A DNA stretch of 64,000 nt, from NCBI GenBank assembly GCA_045578465.1, contig JAZNKJ010000009.1:14881-78880 (forward strand), given 5' to 3'. A program made the position numbers and the translations under genes. This DNA comes from Clostridia bacterium (lineage in GTDB: Bacteria; Bacillota; Clostridia; Monoglobales; Monoglobaceae). Positions 57,566 to 64,000 of this stretch are shown one piece after another; position 1 is the stretch's first letter, and each line of letters opens with the position of its first letter. A model generated the notes under the pieces. The model saw only the letters and a program-made list of their open reading frames with translations, searched no databases and was not told the DNA's origin.

Positions 57566-57893
57566 TGTTGAATATGAGCTCTTTAATTTCACACTTAAAG
57601 AAATTTTGATGATACTTTCGGTAACACTTACCGAAAGAGAGTTTGAGTTTATGGCTTTTCGTTTAGGACTTTTGATAGATAGAAAATTTAGTGAGAAAGA
57701 ATTGCAAACTAATTACCTGGAATTGCAAAAACAACGGATAATTATTCCGCACTCGTTTCAAGAAATTGCTCTTAGGTACGGCTATACCCTTGTGAGAACA
57801 AAAGCTATAGCTACAAAAATAGACAGAAAGATTCTAAACACTCTTCGTCATAATAAAATTCGCAGTGCCAAATTAAAAGCTTTTCTGGAGTAG
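57555..57893 (+). CDS. stand-alone sigma-70 region 4-like HTH protein (112 aa)
   Basis: The ATG at 57555 follows GAAAGGA. LTEREFEFMAFRLGL and SFQEIALRYGYTLVRTKAIATKIDRKILNTLRHNKIRSAKLKAFLE resemble the C-terminus of primary sigma factors, including the terminal ..LK.FLE. Confidence 0.6.
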   Translation: MNYDVEYELFNFTLKEILMILSVTLTEREFEFMAFRLGLLIDRKFSEKELQTNYLELQKQRIIIPHSFQEIALRYGYTLVRTKAIATKIDRKILNTLRHNKIRSAKLKAFLE

Positions 57894-57921
57894 TAATGTA
57901 GAGCAAATTGATCTTACATAT

Positions 57922-57958
57922 AAAAAAGGTACAGCTATATTAGCTGTACCTTTTTTTT
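57922..57958. terminator. bidirectional terminator between the cassette and tRNA-Leu
   Basis: Stem AAAAAAGGTACAGC/GCTGTACCTTTTTT with loop TATATTA. Confidence 0.75.
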
Positions 57959-57961
57959 CAG

Positions 57962-58048
57962 TGGTGCGGATGACAAGATTTGAACTTGCACCGAGAAACC
58001 TCGACTGGCACCTGAAGCCAGCGCGTCTGCCGATTCCGCCACATCCGC
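57962..58048 (-). tRNA. tRNA-Leu (anticodon CAG), encoded CCA
   Basis: Manual fold of the minus strand. Acceptor GCGGATG/CATCCGC. Anticodon arm CTGGC-TTCAGGT-GCCAG gives CAG. Long variable arm. T loop TTCAAAT. Discriminator A plus CCA. Confidence 0.9.
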
Positions 58049-58102
58049 ATTTGACCAGCAAAAAAATTGTATCACAAAACTGTTTTTTAGTCAATGATTT
58101 TT

Positions 58103-59326
58103 CTAACTTTCAATTTTTGAAGGGTTAATTTTCTTTATGCTCACAAGAAGAACAAGAGGGAAAATTACGGAAACAAAAATTCCTGCTTTAAGGCCTGCCT
58201 GCTCAGGTCCTACCCCTAAAACATTTCCGAGGTTTGTATAAGTCTTAACTAAATCTGCAACAATTCCTGCTATGTATGGGCCGAAGGTACAGCCTAGATC
58301 TCCGAAAAAGGCAAGGAGACCGAAAAGGGTTGTTCCGCCTTTTGGAAAGCATCTTGATGCCAGAGAAAAACAGCCGGGCCAGAGAATGCTTGACCCAAGG
58401 CCAAGAAGTGCACAACCGATTAAAGCGATAGCAGGGGACGGGGAAAGGGAAGTTAAAAGATAACAGATAATCCCTAGAACCGCAGAGCCAATAAGGGTAA
58501 GACGAAGATTTATTTTATTCCCCAAGAAGCCATAAAGAACTCTTCCAGAGCCCATAAAAAGAGCGAAAAGTCCGGGGCCTAAAAGGTCGCCCACTACCTT
58601 TGAAACTCCAAGGCCCTTTTCTGCGAAAAGAGAGGACCACTGGGCAATTGTCATTTCCGTTGCCCCTGAGCAGAGCATCATCAAAAGAAAAAGACAAAAG
58701 GTTTTAGAACTAAGAAGCTCCCGAAGGGGAGTTTTTTCTTCTTTTGAAACCATAGGTGCAAAAGGAACTCTCAAAAAATTAAAGATATTTACAAAAGGAA
58801 TAATCGCCCAGATAATCGGAAGAATAAACCAGTTTTGCCCCCCTAAAAGCTTTAAGGCAAGGGTTGAGAATAGGACAACCGCAAGCTGTCCCCAGCAGTA
58901 AAAGGAATGAAGAAGACTCATAGCGGAGGACTTGCTTTCCGAGGGGATTGCGTCAACCACAGGGCTTACCATAACCTCAATAAGCCCGCTTCCGTAGGCA
59001 TAAAAAACTATGGCGATTATCATTCCGACATAGGGAGAGGGCAGAATTTTCGGGAGAACGCCCAAAAGGACAAGACCAATGGTGCTTACAATATGGGCAA
59101 GAACGATTGAATTTCTGCAACCGAATTTATCCACCGTATAAACCGAAAGAATGTCAGTTATAATCTGCACTCCGAAATTTATAAAGATAAGGAAGCTTAT
59201 CTGGGTCAGGGAGATATTATAATCCTGCTGAAAGATAACAAAAAACACAGGGGCGAGGTTGTTTACAATCGCCTGAGTGAAATATCCGATATAGCAAGAA
59301 AGAATTGTTGACTTATATGAAGCCAT
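58103..59326 (-). CDS. MFS transporter
   Basis: 407-aa ORF with about 12 hydrophobic segments in a typical MFS layout. It starts 11 nt after the rseP stop. Confidence 0.8.
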   Translation of the reverse strand: MASYKSTILSCYIGYFTQAIVNNLAPVFFVIFQQDYNISLTQISFLIFINFGVQIITDILSVYTVDKFGCRNSIVLAHIVSTIGLVLLGVLPKILPSPYVGMIIAIVFYAYGSGLIEVMVSPVVDAIPSESKSSAMSLLHSFYCWGQLAVVLFSTLALKLLGGQNWFILPIIWAIIPFVNIFNFLRVPFAPMVSKEEKTPLRELLSSKTFCLFLLMMLCSGATEMTIAQWSSLFAEKGLGVSKVVGDLLGPGLFALFMGSGRVLYGFLGNKINLRLTLIGSAVLGIICYLLTSLSPSPAIALIGCALLGLGSSILWPGCFSLASRCFPKGGTTLFGLLAFFGDLGCTFGPYIAGIVADLVKTYTNLGNVLGVGPEQAGLKAGIFVSVIFPLVLLVSIKKINPSKIES

Positions 59327-59337
59327 TTAATAATCAC

Positions 59338-60387
59338 CTAACCTATAATTCTTAAAATGTCGTTCCATGTGGCAAAAACCATTAAACCAAGGAGGAGAAT
59401 AAGGCCGAGAAAATGGACTATCCCCTCTTTTTCAGGTGGAATTCTCCGCCTGATAATAAGCTCAATTAATATGAAGAAAATTCTTCCGCCGTCCAGAGCA
59501 GGGAAAGGAAGAAGATTCATAATTCCGATGTTGACCGAAATAAATCCTGCCAAAAACAAAAGATTTAAAAGTCCCAAAAGTCCGCCTCCGCTGCTTGTTA
59601 CGGCGTTTTCCATCTGGTCAATAACTCCCACGGGGCCTGATAAATCGCTGAGCTTTGCCTCTCCCGAAAGGAGCATATCAAGACTTAGAAATACGATTTT
59701 CCCCATATAAACCGTCTGGAAAAAGCTCTCTCTTAAAACGCCGAAGAAAGTAGGGGGCTTGATTGCATTTTGAATACCGATTATTTTATAGGTATTTCCC
59801 TGGGCCTCATATTCATAAAGAGGAATGTTTTCAAAGGTCTTCTTTTCCCCGTCTCTTTTAACGGTTATGTCAAAAGAGTCATTTTCGGAGAAAGAAAGAG
59901 CAACTGAAATTTCCTGCTGGATATTTACGCTGTGGCCGTTGATTTCGGTTATAATGTCTCCCTCTTCAATATATGAAGAAGCAGGTGCATCTGGCATAAC
60001 ATTTAAAACCGTTGTTGTAGGGAGCCCGCCTTTTGCAGAGAAAGAAATAACCAGAAGGGAGATTATAAACCCTAAAACAATGTTCATAAACGCCCCTGAG
60101 GCTAAAATAACAAATCGGGCAAACTTGGACTTTTTGGAGAAAGAGCCTTCCTCCTCGCTATCCCCGTCTTCCCCCTCCATCTGACAAAAACCGCCGATTG
60201 GGATGGCGCGGACAGAATATTTTGTCCCCGTTTTTCCTTGCTTTGACCAGATTTTCGGTCCCATTCCAATAGCGAATTCGTGGACCGTAACACCAAAAAT
60301 ACGGGCAGAGATAAAGTGCCCGAATTCATGGACGAATATTATAACTGAAAAGAATAAAATCGCAAAGACAATAGTTAAAAATGTCAT
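59338..60387 (-). CDS. rseP: RIP (site-2) zinc metalloprotease RseP/RasP
   Basis: 349-aa ORF with HEFGH, a PDZ-like middle and C-terminal NLLPFPALDGG. Confidence 0.93.
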   Translation of the reverse strand: MTFLTIVFAILFFSVIIFVHEFGHFISARIFGVTVHEFAIGMGPKIWSKQGKTGTKYSVRAIPIGGFCQMEGEDGDSEEEGSFSKKSKFARFVILASGAFMNIVLGFIISLLVISFSAKGGLPTTTVLNVMPDAPASSYIEEGDIITEINGHSVNIQQEISVALSFSENDSFDITVKRDGEKKTFENIPLYEYEAQGNTYKIIGIQNAIKPPTFFGVLRESFFQTVYMGKIVFLSLDMLLSGEAKLSDLSGPVGVIDQMENAVTSSGGGLLGLLNLLFLAGFISVNIGIMNLLPFPALDGGRIFFILIELIIRRRIPPEKEGIVHFLGLILLLGLMVFATWNDILRIIG

Positions 60388-61523
60388 TTAAAGCGCTCCC
60401 TTACATCTGCATCAATTCTTAATATATCATCTATTGTGGGATTTTCGATGTTTTTATATTCGCTTAAAGTTTTTTCAACTGTTTCTCCGATTTGGAGGAA
60501 AGAGATTTCTCCCTTTAAGAATTTCTCAACTGCAACTTCGTTTGAAGCGTTTAAAACAGTCGGCATAATTCCGCCCATCTTTCCTGCCTCTTTTGCAAGG
60601 CGCAAGCAGGAGAAGGTCTCCTCATCAGGCTCGAAAAATGTGAGTTTTTTAAGGTCGGCAAAATTAAGCCTTTTGTCAGGCGATGGAAGCCTCTTTGGAT
60701 AGGTAAAAGCATACTGAATCGGGTGCTTCATTGACGGAAGAGAAAGCTGAGCGATAACGCTTAAATCTTCATATTCCACCATTGAATGAATTATGCTCTC
60801 TCTCTGAACAACAACTTCAATATCGTCGATGTCCACTCCGAAAAGCCATTTTGCCTCAATAACTTCAAGACCTTTATTCATAAGTGTTGCGCTGTCTATT
60901 GTAATTTTCGCTCCCATACTCCAATTAGGGTGAGAGAGCGCCATTTCTTTTGTAACTCCTTTAAGTTCATCACGGGTTTTCCCGAAGAACGGCCCACCTG
61001 ACGCGGTTAAAAGGATTTTTCTTATTTTGTTATGGCGGTTCCCCTCTAAACTCTGGAAAATTGCACAGTGTTCACTGTCAACGGGAAGAAGTCTGACTTT
61101 TTTCTCCGCAATTTTGTCCATAAAAAGCTTTCCTGCCGTAACCAGAGTTTCCTTGTTGGCAAGAGCGATGTCCTTTCCGCTCTCTATTGCGTGAATGGTT
61201 GGGACAAGGCCTGAAAAACCTACGATAGAAGATAAAACCATCTCACTTTCAGGATGGGTTGCAACCTCTATAAGCCCCTCCTGGCCGCTTAAAACCTTAA
61301 CTGAGGTGTCAGAGAGTCGGACTTTAAGGTCCTTTGCCCCTTCTTCTGAAAAGACCGCAACAATCTGGGGGGAGTATTTTCTCGCCTGCTCTTCGAGCAG
61401 TCGGACATTTTTGTTTCCGCTTATTGCTTTAATATTTATATCTTTAATTCCTTTAAGGTCGTCTACAACATTGAGGGCCTGAGTTCCGATTGAACCCGTT
61501 GAGCCTAAGATTGAAATGTTCAT
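60384..61523 (-). CDS. dxr: 1-deoxy-D-xylulose-5-phosphate reductoisomerase
   Basis: 379-aa ORF with ILGSTGSIGTQAL, LANKE and HPNWSMG motifs. Confidence 0.96.
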   Translation of the reverse strand: MNISILGSTGSIGTQALNVVDDLKGIKDINIKAISGNKNVRLLEEQARKYSPQIVAVFSEEGAKDLKVRLSDTSVKVLSGQEGLIEVATHPESEMVLSSIVGFSGLVPTIHAIESGKDIALANKETLVTAGKLFMDKIAEKKVRLLPVDSEHCAIFQSLEGNRHNKIRKILLTASGGPFFGKTRDELKGVTKEMALSHPNWSMGAKITIDSATLMNKGLEVIEAKWLFGVDIDDIEVVVQRESIIHSMVEYEDLSVIAQLSLPSMKHPIQYAFTYPKRLPSPDKRLNFADLKKLTFFEPDEETFSCLRLAKEAGKMGGIMPTVLNASNEVAVEKFLKGEISFLQIGETVEKTLSEYKNIENPTIDDILRIDADVRERFK

Positions 61524-61540
61524 ATCTTTACCTCTTTTAA

Positions 61541-61570
61541 ATTAAAAGGGGCAGGCAACTTGCCGCCCCT
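61541..61570 (-). terminator. hairpin terminator after cdsA
   Basis: GC-rich stem GGGGCGGCAA/TTGCC(T)GCCCC on the minus strand, followed by UUUU. Confidence 0.55.
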
Positions 61571-61587
61571 AAGATTATCTTTAATTG

Positions 61588-62388
61588 TTAAATGCCGATA
61601 TATGTAATATAAGTATATACCACAGGTGCAACAAAAATTATACTGTCAATACGGTCTAAAATTCCGCCGTGGCCCGGGATTAAGTTGCCGTAGTCCTTGA
61701 TGCCGTATTGTCTTTTGATAGCTGATGCCGTAAGGTCTCCCAGCTGAGCCGAAACAGAGCCGATAAGTCCTAAGATAAAGAGGCTTAAAAAGTTTACATC
61801 CTGATTAAAGAACTTATTTACAATAAGACCGAATAACATACAGAAAAGACCGCATCCAACAGTTCCGCCGATTGCCCCTTCAATTGTCTTTTTCGGGCTG
61901 AGGTTCGGGCAAAGCTTGTGCTTTCCGATTGCAACCCCCGTAAAATATGCGCAGGTGTCAGTTAAGAATGCACAGATTACGATAAGCCAGATATAAAACT
62001 CTCCGCCATTCATCTGACGAATGCCAATTATGTAGGATAAAAGGTAAGGTATGTAAAGAACGCTGAGAAGAGTTAAACTTATCATATTTGCGTTTATTTT
62101 CTGGTTAAAAATCAGCATAAGGATAAATAAAATTGCAGGGAACCAAAGAGTAAACGGAAGCCCCAGCATTGGGAATATAAAATATCCTGCAACAAAATGC
62201 ACTGCTGAAATATAACCCATAATGCAAAGTGGCTTGCTCTTTAAAAGGTCAGTTGCTTTATAGAATTCGTAAAGACCCATAATGGAAACGACTAAAACTA
62301 TAATTCCCCAAACCCAGTCAAAAGGTTGAAGCAAAGCCAGAATAAGTAAAGGAGCGTAAGTAAAGGCTGATATAATTCTTGTTTTCAT
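61588..62388 (-). CDS. cdsA: phosphatidate cytidylyltransferase
   Basis: 266-aa polytopic ORF with the C-terminal signature SAIKRQYGIKDYGNLIPGHGGILDRIDS. Confidence 0.93.
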   Translation of the reverse strand: MKTRIISAFTYAPLLILALLQPFDWVWGIIVLVVSIMGLYEFYKATDLLKSKPLCIMGYISAVHFVAGYFIFPMLGLPFTLWFPAILFILMLIFNQKINANMISLTLLSVLYIPYLLSYIIGIRQMNGGEFYIWLIVICAFLTDTCAYFTGVAIGKHKLCPNLSPKKTIEGAIGGTVGCGLFCMLFGLIVNKFFNQDVNFLSLFILGLIGSVSAQLGDLTASAIKRQYGIKDYGNLIPGHGGILDRIDSIIFVAPVVYTYITYIGI

Positions 62389-62405
62389 AGGTAAAATTCC
62401 TTTCT

Positions 62406-63149
62406 TTAAACCTTGCCAAATCGGCGGTTACGCTTTTGATAGTCAATAATTGCCCTTTCCATATCCTTTTCGGAAAAGTCAGGCCAGTTTATATCGCTGT
62501 ACCAAAGCTCTGCATAAGCCGACTGCCAGAGCAAAAAGTTTGAAAGTCTTAATTCTCCGCTTGGGCGGATAATAAGGTCAACGGGTGGGTTATCCCCTGT
62601 ATACATATTTTTGTCAAGAAACTCTTTTGTAATTTCTTCGGGAGTCATTTCTCCCTTTTTAACTGCTTCGGCGGCAATTCTTGCAGCACGGACAATCTCA
62701 TCCTGACCGCCGTAGTTAAGTGCCATATTGAGAATAATCCCCGTATTACCATTGGTTATCTCTATGGCGTGGTCAATTGCCTTGTTGATTTTCTCGGATA
62801 AAGCGCTTCTGTCCCCGATAACGCGGAGGATAATATTTGTCCCTGCAAACTTTTCCTCTGCCATTTGGAGATAGTTATAAAGAAGCTCCATAAGGTTATC
62901 AACCTCTGCCTTTGGCCTGTTCCAGTTTTCTGTGGAGAAAGCGTAGGAGGTAATTGCCTTTATGCCGATTTTGTCACAATATTTAACGATTTTCTCAAAG
63001 GTGTCTGCCCCTGCTCTGTGCCCCGCACTTCTGGGGAGATGCCTTTCTTTTGCCCATCTTCCGTTGCCGTCCATAATAACACCGATATGCCGTGGGAGAT
63101 TATTTGGGTCAATTGAGAGGGCTTCCTCTTTTTTCTTTCTAAAAAGCAT
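62406..63149 (-). CDS. uppS: isoprenyl transferase (undecaprenyl diphosphate synthase)
   Basis: 247-aa ORF with HIGVIMDGNGRWA and ELRLSNFLLWQSAYAE. Confidence 0.95.
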   Translation of the reverse strand: MLFRKKKEEALSIDPNNLPRHIGVIMDGNGRWAKERHLPRSAGHRAGADTFEKIVKYCDKIGIKAITSYAFSTENWNRPKAEVDNLMELLYNYLQMAEEKFAGTNIILRVIGDRSALSEKINKAIDHAIEITNGNTGIILNMALNYGGQDEIVRAARIAAEAVKKGEMTPEEITKEFLDKNMYTGDNPPVDLIIRPSGELRLSNFLLWQSAYAELWYSDINWPDFSEKDMERAIIDYQKRNRRFGKV

Positions 63150-63193
63150 AGCGAGCCTCCGTCAAAGCCCATGGGAAATAAATCCCATAAGCC

Positions 63194-63736
63194 TTAAACT
63201 TCCATAATTTCCTTTTCTTTGTTAGCTACAATTGTGTCGATTTCCTTAACGAACTTGTCAGTAAGCTTCTGGATATCGTTTTCAAGACCTTTTAAATCAT
63301 CCTCTGTGATTTCTCCGTCTTTCTTCTGTTTCTTAAAGCCTTCGATTGCGTCACGGCGAATACCTCTGACTGTAACCTTTGCCTCTTCGCCACGCTTGGA
63401 GATAGATTTTGCAAGGTCCTTTCTTCTCTCTTCTGTAAGAGGAGGGAAGTTAAGGCGGATGCATCTTCCGTCGTTGTTTGGTGTTATGCCGATATCTGAT
63501 TTTAAGATAGCTTTTTCAACTTCGCCTAAAATAGAGCCGTCCCATGGCTGAATAACAATTGTTCTTGGCTCTGGAACAGAGATTGTTCCAACCTGAGCAA
63601 TTGGAGTTGCCGCTCCGTAATATTCAACTGTAACCTTATCTAAGATAGCAGGATTAGCGCGTCCTGCACGAATTGCCGCAAAATCATTGTTAAGGGCAAC
63701 GATAGCTTTATCCATTTTTGTTTCTGCATTTTTCAT
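63194..63736 (-). CDS. frr: ribosome recycling factor
   Basis: 180-aa ORF with ..FAAIRAGRANPAILD..VEYYG.. in the pyrH-frr-uppS-cdsA context. Confidence 0.95.
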   Translation of the reverse strand: MKNAETKMDKAIVALNNDFAAIRAGRANPAILDKVTVEYYGAATPIAQVGTISVPEPRTIVIQPWDGSILGEVEKAILKSDIGITPNNDGRCIRLNFPPLTEERRKDLAKSISKRGEEAKVTVRGIRRDAIEGFKKQKKDGEITEDDLKGLENDIQKLTDKFVKEIDTIVANKEKEIMEV

Positions 63737-63760
63737 AATAATCTTTCCTTTCTGAAATTA

Positions 63761-64000
63761 TTAGTAAACTATGGTGCCGATTTTTTCGCCTTTAAGACCT
63801 TTTATAATATTGTCAGGGTCGTTAAGACCGAAAACTAAAATCGGGATATTGTTATCCATACAAAGAGAGGTTGCAGTTGAGTCCATAACCCCAAGACCTT
63901 TGTTTAAAACATCTATATAACGGAGCGAATCGAGTTTTTTAGCGTCAGGGTTTATATGCGGATCACTGTCGTAAACCCCGTCAACAGCTTTTGCCAAAAG
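63761..64000 (-). CDS. pyrH: UMP kinase, C-terminal part (gene continues beyond the window)
   Basis: The open frame to the window edge ends ..[25 protein letters not shown], typical of PyrH. It sits upstream of frr. Confidence 0.85.
   Translation of the reverse strand, partial: LLAKAVDGVYDSDPHINPDAKKLDSLRYIDVLNKGLGVMDSTATSLCMDNNIPILVFGLNDPDNIIKGLKGEKIGTIVY

Overview
Chromosomal segment of a low-GC Firmicute, Clostridia-like (roughly 40% GC by eye, TGn-extended -10 promoters, TAA-dominated stops). It is mostly core metabolism, and gene content suggests it lies near the replication origin. Contents in order: a radical SAM gene, tRNA-Leu(CAA), gyrB-remB-recF-dnaN with no adjacent dnaA, an AT-rich gap, an unlisted 56-aa clostridial ferredoxin, rsmG, serS, parB-parA with a perfect parS, tex, and a yigZ-family gene. 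Next come a few small membrane or wall-related genes. They are followed by a nine-gene purine/one-carbon operon (purE-purF-purM-purN-purO-purH-purD-purL-fhs) behind a ZTP (pfl-type) riboswitch. After that: a glycogen operon (GH13-glgB-glgC-glgD-glgA-glgP), a maltose/maltodextrin operon (phosphorylase, PTS, MapP-like phosphatase, malQ), gap, an amino-acid ABC transporter, and rdgB-ttcA-like-methyltransferase-rsmI-pfkB-nadE. A ~1.45 kb accessory patch sits next to tRNA-Leu(CAG). The window ends with MFS-rseP-dxr-cdsA-uppS-frr-pyrH. I saw no CRISPR array, rRNA, transposase or integrase. The most unusual item is a promoter-to-terminator two-ORF cassette (57028..57958) that by eye looks like a split, highly diverged SigA-derived sigma factor: a sigma1.2/2-like ORF overlapping a stand-alone sigma4 ORF. 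It is flanked by decayed gene fragments at the 3' side of the tRNA. Other points worth a second look: (1) a single in-frame TGA inside purL; (2) dnaN without dnaA in a rearranged origin neighbourhood; (3) a PurF homolog lacking the N-terminal catalytic Cys; (4) a YigZ gene with no canonical start codon; (5) a 16-bp perfect inverted repeat bracketing 188 bp upstream of the mal operon; (6) a 24-nt motif repeated 30 kb apart. All homology calls are made by eye from the translations; no searches were run.
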